Source: Candidatus Saliniplasma sp. | GTDB taxonomy: Archaea > Thermoplasmatota > Thermoplasmata > Halarchaeoplasmatales > Halarchaeoplasmataceae | DNA length: 64,000 nt | Assembly (NCBI GenBank): GCA_046497075.1 | Contig: JAWOGF010000038.1 | Span: 1,306-65,305 of the forward strand | Reading direction: 5' to 3' | Shown here: positions 48,819 to 57,570 of the stretch, piece after piece | Layout: every line of letters begins with the position of its first letter | Numbering within the stretch: the first letter of the stretch is position 1 | Made by a program: the position numbers and the translations under genes | Notes under the pieces: generated by a model | The model's input: only the letters and a program-made list of their open reading frames with translations | Told to the model about the DNA's origin: nothing | Database searches by the model: none

Positions 48819-49166
48819 GTGTCCAGTGTATTTAGTATGAGCAGATACACATACGTGCAGAAAACTCCGACGGATGACAAATGCATGCAAGATGAGTTAG
48901 ATGAGATCGAAGAGCTGATGAGTTCGCCACCGATGCAACCCAACGGCGGCGGTGGTGGTAGTGTAGGCGACACTTGCCCTGATGAATGGAGTTACGATAG
49001 CTGGGATGAGTGTAGGTGGTACCATGATGTTGATACATGTGCAGACCTTTGTTTTGGTGAGTATGAAGAAGCTGGTATGAGTTGTGAGGCCAAAGTAGGC
49101 CTTCTTTGTGCAGATGTACGTATGCGCAAAACGAAGTATGTGGATAATATAGGATGTGTGGTGTGA
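48819..49166 (+). CDS. Cysteine-rich peptide B precursor (GTG start). It has a 47-aa acidic leader ending DELDEIEELMSSPPMQPNGGGGG and a 68-aa core with 9 Cys.
   Basis: GAGGTGA RBS 7 nt upstream. Carries repeat R3. The core SVGDTCPDEWSYDSWDECRWYHDVDTC aligns with peptide A (DTCP...DEC...C). Confidence 0.55.
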   Translation: MSSVFSMSRYTYVQKTPTDDKCMQDELDEIEELMSSPPMQPNGGGGGSVGDTCPDEWSYDSWDECRWYHDVDTCADLCFGEYEEAGMSCEAKVGLLCADVRMRKTKYVDNIGCVV

Positions 49167-49167
49167 T

Positions 49168-49362
49168 ATGAAGATATCAAAAAGAACAAAGTTTCTTGCG
49201 ATATTTATATTTGGTTGGAATATAGGTATTTTTATTGCCTCATCGATATCCCACCGAGATTTACATTTTCCACTATCAATGATGATTGGTGGAACCATTG
49301 GCGCTGTGATAATGTATATATTAGGTGTAGATAAAATGATAAAAAAACATAAAAATGATTGA
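49168..49362 (+). CDS. 2-TM microprotein (64 aa), putative immunity/partner protein of peptide B
   Basis: Its ATG lies 1 nt after the peptide B TGA. Basic N-terminus plus two TM helices (FLAIFIFGWNIGIFIASSI, LSMMIGGTIGAVIMYILGV). Confidence 0.5.
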   Translation: MKISKRTKFLAIFIFGWNIGIFIASSISHRDLHFPLSMMIGGTIGAVIMYILGVDKMIKKHKND

Positions 49363-49399
49363 TATACAGATTTTAAAAACAATGATATAAAAATAATAT

Positions 49400-49960
49400 A
49401 AATGAAGCATCTGATAGAAAGTGAAGTCGTTAATACCGTGCAGAACGAATATGATGATGAGAACATGCTGTAAGGTCTGATGATAAAACTTACAGCTACG
49501 ACAAAATAAGAAGAACATGCTCACCGATCATCCTATAAGCATCGAAGTGAACGGTACAAAATATTAGTACTTATACAATTGCCAAGGCAGCGTTACTGAA
49601 CTGATCAACTCAGATGAAGAAGTAGTCAATCAATACAGATACACCCCATTCGGCAGTCCCAGATTGAAAGTAGAAAGCGTGTACAACCCATATCAGTACA
49701 CCGGAAGAAGATTGGACGAGGAATCCTGTCAGTACTACCACCGAGCTAGGATGTACTCGCCTACGGAGAACGAGTTCATCAGCAGCGATTTTTCGGGATT
49801 CTTATGGACTCCCAGTAGATCCCATGGGATTAGAAGAGGGACCGAACATGTACACTTACGCAGGGAACGATCTGGCGAATCACAGGGATCCAAGCGGGTG
49901 TATGTATGTTTCCTTGAACTTGAGCTGTTCTGTCAAATCTCCGATATCACTAAATTCTTG
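49400..49960 (+). pseudogene. Decayed RHS/YD-repeat C-terminal core fragment (frameshifted, multiple stops)
   Basis: Frame 1 gives NPYQYTGRRLDEESCQYYHRARMYSPTENEFISSD (compare YRYTGRxxDxETGLYYYRARYYDPxxGRFISxD). After a frameshift it continues SYGLPVDPMGLEEGPNMYTYAGNDLANHRDPSG, the DPxGL...NxYxYxxNxPxxxxDPxG Rhs core end. Upstream are YD-like remnants (VVNTVQNEYDDENML) interrupted by stops. There is no N-terminal Rhs body. Confidence 0.55.
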
Positions 49961-50014
49961 AAAGTTGACAGACTCCATAAAACGAAAACATAAACTATAA
50001 TTGTTATTTGTATT

Positions 50015-50734
50015 ATGGAGGTGAGCATGTCTGAAACAGACGTATCACCATCTTTGATGATATTGGAAGTGATCGGCGTTACCATCATGGCCTTGCTCCT
50101 ATCTTTGGCGATGGGTGTCGTTTTTATCGTGTCATTGGTTGTGTTGGGATATGGAGTCGATTCAACTTTCGCACTCGGCGGCGCTACAGTTTTTGGTCAA
50201 GTGGGATTCCTGATAGTAGCATATATCTACATACGTCGTCGGAAAGTGACTGTCCCATTTGAGGCACCATCTCGATCAGATCTGTTTCACATCGGAGGAG
50301 GGATAGTTATCGCGCTGGCTACTGCAATTGGATTTTCCCAGTTGCTGTTATACTTCGATCTTATGCCGGAATCCGTTCTCGAAGAGATCGCTGAGACCAG
50401 TCCGATATTTTTGATAGTTCTAGCGATACTGTCTGTAGTACTAATTGCCCCGGCTGAGGAGCTTTTATTCAGAGGGGCCATCCAAGGCAAACTCCGTGAA
50501 CATTTTACTCCAATCCCTGCGATCACAACTGCAAGCCTTTTATTTGGTTCCCTCCATTTTCTCAACTACGGTGGAGATATCCTTCCAATAATACTGTCGA
50601 CATTACTTATCGTCGTCATCGGTGGGATAATGGGTTGGTTGTATGAACGTACGAACAACATCGTGGTTCCGATCCTGGTTCACGGGATATACAATTTCGT
50701 ATTACTGGTGCCCAACTATTTTGAGATGGTATAG
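50015..50734 (+). CDS. CPBP-family intramembrane metalloprotease (CAAX protease / Abi self-immunity family)
   Basis: EELLFRG, FGSLHF and HGIYN motifs in the correct order; 6-7 TM helices. Confidence 0.8.
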   Translation: MEVSMSETDVSPSLMILEVIGVTIMALLLSLAMGVVFIVSLVVLGYGVDSTFALGGATVFGQVGFLIVAYIYIRRRKVTVPFEAPSRSDLFHIGGGIVIALATAIGFSQLLLYFDLMPESVLEEIAETSPIFLIVLAILSVVLIAPAEELLFRGAIQGKLREHFTPIPAITTASLLFGSLHFLNYGGDILPIILSTLLIVVIGGIMGWLYERTNNIVVPILVHGIYNFVLLVPNYFEMV

Positions 50735-50834
50735 GTGTAAATACAGAAAGGAATTTACAGATAAGTATTCAGGTGGTTCACAAAATCAATAAATATACGA
50801 TAATCATCTTTCGTTCTAGAGGTTAGAGAGGAAT

Positions 50835-52310
50835 ATGGATGGAAAAACCCTTGCAGATTTTGCTGTAGAGTATGGTCAATCTTTAGAGGCTGATTATGTA
50901 GAAGCTAGGTTCGTAACCTCCATGAACGAGAACTATTTTGCTAGGAATGGTAAGTTTTTAAGTATTCAGGAAAAACCCATCAGAGGGTTAGGTATAAGGG
51001 TTCTTGTGGACGGATGTGTCGGTTTCGGATCTGTGGATGTTTTGACCAAAGATGAGGTCAAAGATAGGATCGAATCGATCTCTAAGATGGCAGGACTTAG
51101 TAAAAGAGAAATACCTATCGAATTTTCAAAAGAGAAAACAGTTCAAGACAATTGGATCGCCCCGGTTGAAGTTCCTTTCGAGGATATATCTAGGGAAGAG
51201 AAACAAGATTATGTAAAACGTTTAGATAAAAGGGTCAAAGAAGCAGGTTCTAAAAAATTTTCGTTCAGGAACAGGATAAAGAACAGGATATTCTTCCTCC
51301 ACACAAACTCCATGGATAAGTACATAGTCAACTCGGAGGGTTCTAAAATAAAATCCGACGAATCGTTCATATCACTATTTACTATACTTAACGCGAAGGT
51401 CAAAGATTCTAGTGAGCAGAGGATGTTAGGTTTAGGTGGAAGTGCGGGATGGGAATGGCTCAAAGAGGAAAACGTGCATGACTTAGTAGGCAGGGAAAGT
51501 GAAAAACTTGTCAAAACCGTAGAAAATGCCCAGAATATCCCTTTCAACGAAGATATTGACGTGGTAGTGGGACCCGAAGTCTCCGGGATAATGGCACATG
51601 AGAATGTAGGACATCCCAGTGAGGGCGATAGGATAATCGGTCGAGAAGAGGCACAGGCGGGAGGATCATTTTACGATGAATTTTTTGGTATCGATAACAA
51701 AGATCCAGTAGATCTAAACCAGTCTGAGATCAAATTGGGAAGCGAAGATGTGTCAGTCATAGACGATCCTACTATCGATCAAAGTCCGGGTTTCTATATC
51801 TACGACGACGAATGCGTCGAAGCCCGAAGTAGATACCTGATCAAGAACGGGCGGTTGAACGAACTCCTTCTTAACCGTGAGTTCGCTTCTAGATTCGGTA
51901 CCCGTTCCAACGGTGCTGCTCGTTCCTCCTCATATAGTAGAGAACCCATTCCAAGGATGTCGAACACTTTCTTTGAACCCGGAGACCACACTAAAGAAGA
52001 GCTAGTAGAAGATATCGAAAAGGGTCTGCTTATCGAGAGTTTCACCGAGTGGAACATAGATGATAGACGGTACCACAGTAAATACGTAGGATTGGAAGCA
52101 TATCTAATACGGAACGGAGAGGTCACTGACCAGATGGTCAAGCGCCCCGCACTAGAACTTACAACTCCAGCACTCCTAAAAAGCATAGAGGGTGTTTCAA
52201 AAGACTACGAATCCAGGATGAACTTCTGCGGTAAGAGCGATCCCATGCAGCCGGTGAGCGTTTCCACTGGGGGACCTTATCTGAGGATCAGAAACGTGAG
52301 GGTGGGGTGA
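50835..52310 (+). CDS. tldD: TldD-family metalloprotease (peptidase U62)
   Basis: HENVGHPSEGD (HExxxH...E) zinc site; ~490 aa. Confidence 0.8.
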   Translation: MDGKTLADFAVEYGQSLEADYVEARFVTSMNENYFARNGKFLSIQEKPIRGLGIRVLVDGCVGFGSVDVLTKDEVKDRIESISKMAGLSKREIPIEFSKEKTVQDNWIAPVEVPFEDISREEKQDYVKRLDKRVKEAGSKKFSFRNRIKNRIFFLHTNSMDKYIVNSEGSKIKSDESFISLFTILNAKVKDSSEQRMLGLGGSAGWEWLKEENVHDLVGRESEKLVKTVENAQNIPFNEDIDVVVGPEVSGIMAHENVGHPSEGDRIIGREEAQAGGSFYDEFFGIDNKDPVDLNQSEIKLGSEDVSVIDDPTIDQSPGFYIYDDECVEARSRYLIKNGRLNELLLNREFASRFGTRSNGAARSSSYSREPIPRMSNTFFEPGDHTKEELVEDIEKGLLIESFTEWNIDDRRYHSKYVGLEAYLIRNGEVTDQMVKRPALELTTPALLKSIEGVSKDYESRMNFCGKSDPMQPVSVSTGGPYLRIRNVRVG

Positions 52311-53770
52311 TAGTTATGGTAGGAGAAATTTTTGATGAGGAATTGTTGCAGGTCGGAGTTGAAACCGCTTTGAAGGCGGGAGCCGATGAAGCCATAGTTA
52401 AACTGGTAGATCAGAAAAAACATCAGATCAGATTTTCAAATTCTTCTATCGATGTGAATAAAGAATGGAGCAGTTACTACATAGATGTATTATTCACTAA
52501 AAAACCACGCCTTTCTCTAACGGGAAAGATCAACACACTCACAATCCAGGACCCGGATCCAGAGAAAATAAGAAAGAACGTTCCAAAACACGTCAGTCTT
52601 CTGGATCATTTACCGAAGAACAAGCTATACTGGGGTATGGACGATCGATCTTATAGCTCTTATCGTTCTTTGAATATATATGATGATAGGGTAGAGGGTT
52701 TTCATGAAAAAGGGCCAGATCTAGTAAGGAAGACTATCGATTCAGCTCTACAGAGTGGAGCTGACGGTGTTTCAGGTGTACTGCACTCAGCAGCTACCAA
52801 GACCGGTGTTCTAACCAGTTATGGGAACGGAGGAACGTACAGGTCTTCTTTTTGTCGAGGAACTGTCAGGGCATTTCATCGAGAGGGCGGTAGTGGACAA
52901 GGTTTGATAGTAGCTAGAGATCTTTCTGGCATAGATGAAAGGTTTCGAAAAGGTGGTGGGAAAGCAGGGAGATTGGCCAAGAAGAGTGCAGGGGCTGAAG
53001 AGGGAAAACCTGGGACTTATGATGTGATAATGGCTCCGACCGTAGGTGCTAATATCTTTGGTAATCTTCTCAATGGGACCAATCCTATAATGATGATAGC
53101 CGGTATGAGCCCTCTTAAAGGTAAGATGAACGACAAGATCGGCCCTGAAAATTTGACTGTTATCGAAGACCCCATTTTAGATGAAGGACTGAACAGCAGA
53201 CCATTCGACGATGAGGGCACTCCTTCAGAAAAAACTGAACTCATCAGAGATGGAGAACTCACCGGATTGATCCATAACACTTCTACAGCTAAATTATGGA
53301 AGTTTATAAGTATGCTAAAACTCAGATTCTGGAGAAGGCCAAAGACTACATCGAACTCAAGCTTAACACAACTTGGGATGACCGGTACAGAAGAGGATCC
53401 TAGAACACTTATGCCGACTCCTTCAAACTATCGATTCACCCCTGGATCATACAGCTTGGATGAACTCATCTCGACCTCTTCCAGACCGACGATTTTACTT
53501 ACGTCCAACTGGTATACCAGGTTCACCAATATGAGCGAGGGAGAGTTCTCTACTGTTCCTAGAGACGCTGTATTTTTAGTTCAAAATGGAGAGATAAAGA
53601 AACCGATAAGGAATCTTCGGTTGAAAGGCAACCTTTTAGAGATGTTAAAAAATATAGAGGGGATAGGGAAGGGATCGAAGCAGATCCGATGGTGGGAAGT
53701 CAACACACCCACTTTCATCCCACATATCAAGATAAAGCACTGTAAGTTCACCAAGGCTAAAGCAAGATAG
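52307..53770 (+). CDS. pmbA: PmbA/TldE-family protein (TldD partner)
   Basis: U62-family fold without HExxxH; 4-bp overlap with tldD. Confidence 0.75.
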   Translation: MIVMVGEIFDEELLQVGVETALKAGADEAIVKLVDQKKHQIRFSNSSIDVNKEWSSYYIDVLFTKKPRLSLTGKINTLTIQDPDPEKIRKNVPKHVSLLDHLPKNKLYWGMDDRSYSSYRSLNIYDDRVEGFHEKGPDLVRKTIDSALQSGADGVSGVLHSAATKTGVLTSYGNGGTYRSSFCRGTVRAFHREGGSGQGLIVARDLSGIDERFRKGGGKAGRLAKKSAGAEEGKPGTYDVIMAPTVGANIFGNLLNGTNPIMMIAGMSPLKGKMNDKIGPENLTVIEDPILDEGLNSRPFDDEGTPSEKTELIRDGELTGLIHNTSTAKLWKFISMLKLRFWRRPKTTSNSSLTQLGMTGTEEDPRTLMPTPSNYRFTPGSYSLDELISTSSRPTILLTSNWYTRFTNMSEGEFSTVPRDAVFLVQNGEIKKPIRNLRLKGNLLEMLKNIEGIGKGSKQIRWWEVNTPTFIPHIKIKHCKFTKAKAR

Positions 53771-53805
53771 ATGATATTTTAGGACGAGGTGAGGCATTTA
53801 TTCTA

Positions 53806-56754
53806 TCAATCGAATCTCAACGCTTCCGCCGGTGAGACCTTACTAGCCTTATGGGCACTCGGTATAGCGGTTAGCAGCATAGCGACATATGCTATCACAC
53901 CTATCGTCAAGATCGAAATCCACGGTATGGAGAATTCCCAGCCCATAGGTTTGAACCCGTCGTACCACAGCAGCCATCCGATAGCTATACCCAAGCTAGA
54001 ACCCAACACTATACCAACAATAGTTATGAAAGAGTTCTCTATCAAGAAGGCGTACCTGATCATCTTCCTTTTGAACCCGATAGCTCTCATCATACCGATC
54101 TCCAACCGCCGTTCGTGTACCGCCCTTAAACTAATAATACCCAAACCAGCGATCCCAACAACTAGACCTAGCCCCATATAACCTGAAAACAGGTCGAAGA
54201 ACATGTAGGTAGCACTCATAGCATCTCTGATGATCGTTTCGATGACTACGGTCCTGAACCCGTACTGGATGAACTCTCTGTTAAGATCACGGCCAAGCTC
54301 ATCGGCATCTACGTTCTCTTCAACGCTGAAGAAAAATAGAGAGTTAGAAGTGATATTGAATTCATTTCTTACAGTTCCTTTGGACATGAAATACCCGCTG
54401 ATCGCATTTTGGTCCATGAAGCCAACGACTTTTTTTTCACGTACTTCATCTTCATGGTCGATGAACTTAACAGTCGATCCCAACTCGATAGTCTCGCCTC
54501 CCGGCGGTCCGTATTGATCAGAGGGGGCGTTTGTTATGACCAGCGAGGAATTCGACAAAACAGCATCCCATACTTCATCGTTGGACTCATATTCATCGAG
54601 ATAGTCAGAGAACCCAAATGTATTATTGCCAACGAAATTATCATCTATACCTATAGCGGATTTCCTACCTATCTCACCATCATTATCTCTCATACGTATA
54701 TTACCGCGGTAAGCCGAGTCGATATGGTTAAAATCCTCAATATCTAAGTTTTCATTGTTAATTATCTCGCTGTGCATGTCATCGATATATTTATCCTGAC
54801 CTGTCATACCCATGATCTCATACCCGCCGGATTCTTCTTCGATCATCCTATCTATGTTAGTATCGAAGATACCGACGATCATCCCCATGACTGTTATTGC
54901 GAAGATGATCAGAGCGAAGATGAAGATAGTCATACCGGTTCTGAACTTCTCTTTTAATGGGTGGGAAATGGCTGATAGAACTACCGCTTTGAAGCCAGTA
55001 TCCGACCTGCACAACCTTTCCATCCCACCTGTTAATAGATGACCGTTCAGCATTACTATGAGTACTCCTGCGGTTACCATGAATAGACCAGAAAGTATGA
55101 ACATCTCTAATCCAGAGGTGTATCCCTCGAAGAATTCTAATGTGTCCAGTGGAACGAGCCACCAGACCAGCAAGAACACCCCTACACCAGTATAAGCGGC
55201 TCTATCTCCCACCCATCTTCTAGCGACCGTTCCGATACCGATTATTATGAGAGAAATGCCAGTTACGGGTAACCAAAACTGATCCACACCTGTTCCCATT
55301 ATCGTTAAAAGAACTCCAAGGATCAACCCCGCGATGGCCATGTAAAAGACCTTTTTGTTTTTCTTAGATACGGGTGGTTCAGGTATATCTCTGATAGCTC
55401 TAACGATATTCAATTTAGATATCCGGGTAACTGAAAAGAATATCGTGCCCATTGTCAACAAAAATCCGGCAGCGAAGGCCAATATCATGCTTTCTGGGGT
55501 GAAAGTAAAATATCCAAGGAGCGATACATCCCCGCCGAATGTAGCGAATATATCTTCGAGTAAGAAGAATATAACATAAGTTAAACCAGCACCGACAAAA
55601 ACACCTACGAAGGAGGCCGCACCAGCATATATCATACCTTCGTAAGAGAATACCCTACGAAGGTGTCCTCTTTTCATACCTATCGCCCTGCTCATACCCA
55701 TCTCGGATTTCCTCTCCTCCCCCAGCATAACGAATATGTTAACCGCTAAGATGATACCGGCGATTATAGAGAAGGTACCAAAAATTAAGAAAATATCAGT
55801 GAACTGCGATATGTTATCTTTAAAATCCTGCAGTACCTGGTTCTTGTTCCCTTTAGCCTCTAATACGTTATACTCGGGATCTTCCTGCAGAAGATTCTCG
55901 ATATCCTCAAATATCTGATCGCTGTATTCAATACCGCTTTCTACACCACCTATAGAAGTGACTCTGATGTAGTTTACTTGATTTGGAAGGCTGAAGGCCG
56001 TTTGAGCATCAGATAAAGACATGATGATCTTATTGCTTCCACGGAAAGCCGCTCTTCCCTCGTTATCGATCACCTCTTTTACTGTATAGGTCATATCGTT
56101 TACTCCATTACCCCCCTCCTCCTGAGATTCTACTGTAAACAATAGTAACTCATCACCTTTCTCAGCCTCTAATTCTTCTGCTAATCGTGTATCTATAAAT
56201 ATCTCTTTTTCTCCAAGCTCAGGTTCGAAACTCTCACCATCTTTGTAAAAACGTCCAAAAGCCTCACCGTCATCAAGATCCATCCCGATAACACGGGTAC
56301 TCGGTTGAGACAGTCTTGCATCTGGATTTAATACCGGTAGAGAGCCGTGAACTTCACCACTCACTTCATCTACATTATCGATATCAGATATATCTGAACT
56401 GAGATTTTTATAAGTGCTGTGCTGTATAGGAACATAATTTCCCTCTACTGTTGTATTGTATACGGTTACGTCCGTCTGCTGCCACTCGCTGTAGATCTCA
56501 TCCTCAACCATATTGTCCATGGTATCTCCGACACCGAAAGAAGATGAAATGATAGCAGTGGCAATCATCAATCCTAAAATCACTATGACTGTATTGGTCT
56601 TCCTGCGGAATATGTTCCTACATCCGATCCTAAATAGAATTTTATGTCTATAAGCATCGAAAAGGACTATACCAACAACTACTGCGATGATACCCAGTAG
56701 AAGGACGATCATGCCTTCACCCCTCCTTAATCTGGTCCCGCTGGACAACTCCAC
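53806..56754 (-). CDS. ABC transporter permease with two FtsX-like modules (MacB/FtsX family, 982 aa, large extracytoplasmic domains)
   Basis: Two repeats of a TM-large loop-3TM architecture; located downstream of a MacB/LolD-type ATPase with a 38-bp overlap. Confidence 0.8.
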   Translation of the reverse strand: MELSSGTRLRRGEGMIVLLLGIIAVVVGIVLFDAYRHKILFRIGCRNIFRRKTNTVIVILGLMIATAIISSSFGVGDTMDNMVEDEIYSEWQQTDVTVYNTTVEGNYVPIQHSTYKNLSSDISDIDNVDEVSGEVHGSLPVLNPDARLSQPSTRVIGMDLDDGEAFGRFYKDGESFEPELGEKEIFIDTRLAEELEAEKGDELLLFTVESQEEGGNGVNDMTYTVKEVIDNEGRAAFRGSNKIIMSLSDAQTAFSLPNQVNYIRVTSIGGVESGIEYSDQIFEDIENLLQEDPEYNVLEAKGNKNQVLQDFKDNISQFTDIFLIFGTFSIIAGIILAVNIFVMLGEERKSEMGMSRAIGMKRGHLRRVFSYEGMIYAGAASFVGVFVGAGLTYVIFFLLEDIFATFGGDVSLLGYFTFTPESMILAFAAGFLLTMGTIFFSVTRISKLNIVRAIRDIPEPPVSKKNKKVFYMAIAGLILGVLLTIMGTGVDQFWLPVTGISLIIIGIGTVARRWVGDRAAYTGVGVFLLVWWLVPLDTLEFFEGYTSGLEMFILSGLFMVTAGVLIVMLNGHLLTGGMERLCRSDTGFKAVVLSAISHPLKEKFRTGMTIFIFALIIFAITVMGMIVGIFDTNIDRMIEEESGGYEIMGMTGQDKYIDDMHSEIINNENLDIEDFNHIDSAYRGNIRMRDNDGEIGRKSAIGIDDNFVGNNTFGFSDYLDEYESNDEVWDAVLSNSSLVITNAPSDQYGPPGGETIELGSTVKFIDHEDEVREKKVVGFMDQNAISGYFMSKGTVRNEFNITSNSLFFFSVEENVDADELGRDLNREFIQYGFRTVVIETIIRDAMSATYMFFDLFSGYMGLGLVVGIAGLGIISLRAVHERRLEIGMMRAIGFKRKMIRYAFLIENSFITIVGIVLGSSLGIAIGWLLWYDGFKPMGWEFSIPWISILTIGVIAYVAMLLTAIPSAHKASKVSPAEALRFD

Positions 56755-57421
56755 TTTCCATGTGAAGTACCCTTTCTGCCCTATCAGCTACTCTGTTCTC
56801 ATGGGTCACTAGGACCATAGTATGTCCGTTTTTATCGTTCAAGTCGCAGAGTATGTCCATGATCTTATCCGAAGTTTCAGTGTCGAGGTCACCGGTGGGT
56901 TCATCGGCCCAGATCATATCAGGCTCGTTGACTATGGCTCTAGCGATGGTTACACGCTGTCTTTCCCCTCCTGATAATGCTGAAGGTCTGTGAGTATATC
57001 TATGCCCTAAACCCACCATATCCAGGGCTTTTTCCGCTTTTTCTCTAGCACCTTTTGATTTTCCCGCTAGAAGTAAAGGCAGCTCGACATTTTCCACAGC
57101 TGAAAGTACTGGTAATAAATTATAGAATTGGAAGACAAAGCCCATGTTCATAGCCCTCATCTCGGTCTTTTCATTATCAGATAGTGAACTGAGATCCTTT
57201 CCTTTCAACCATACTTTGCCTTTGGATATATCATCAAGACCGGATAAGCAGTTCAACAATGTAGTCTTCCCACATCCAGAAGGCCCCATAATAGCGACCA
57301 TCTCACCTTTTTTGATAGAAAGGTCGACACCACGTAAAGCGTGGACCTTCACTTTTCCTTCATAGAACTTGTGTAATTTCTTTGATCTTATCATTCCGGT
57401 CTTCATAGTCTCCGCTTCCAT
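56717..57421 (-). CDS. ABC transporter ATP-binding protein (MacB/LolD-type)
   Basis: GPSGCGKTT, LSGGERQRVTIARA, IWADEPTGDLD. Confidence 0.9.
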   Translation of the reverse strand: MEAETMKTGMIRSKKLHKFYEGKVKVHALRGVDLSIKKGEMVAIMGPSGCGKTTLLNCLSGLDDISKGKVWLKGKDLSSLSDNEKTEMRAMNMGFVFQFYNLLPVLSAVENVELPLLLAGKSKGAREKAEKALDMVGLGHRYTHRPSALSGGERQRVTIARAIVNEPDMIWADEPTGDLDTETSDKIMDILCDLNDKNGHTMVLVTHENRVADRAERVLHMESGVVQRDQIKEG

Positions 57422-57444
57422 AACGCCGGTAAGATTATGACCTT

Positions 57445-57452
57445 TATAAATA
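57445..57452 (-). promoter_or_regulatory. TATA-like box TTTATAAA about 25 nt upstream of the ABC ATPase start. Just upstream is a direct repeat ATTGTTACA-N10-ATTGTTACA (57505..57532).
   Basis: Read from the sequence; the spacing fits archaeal TATA/BRE promoters. Confidence 0.35.
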
Positions 57453-57570
57453 TATTTGTTTTAAGTTTTAGTAAATAGAACAGATCTACATATATTATAT
57501 ATTAAATTGTTACAAGCCTTTTAGATTGTTACATCCATCTGCCAGATCTATCAATCTAAATTTCAGGATT

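Noticed and set aside
50835-53770. Considered calling tldD/pmbA a dedicated RiPP-processing pair
   Set aside because: TldD/PmbA are near-universal in archaea and usually housekeeping. Only their adjacency to the peptide cassette is notable, so this is kept as a hypothesis in the findings rather than a feature-level functional call.
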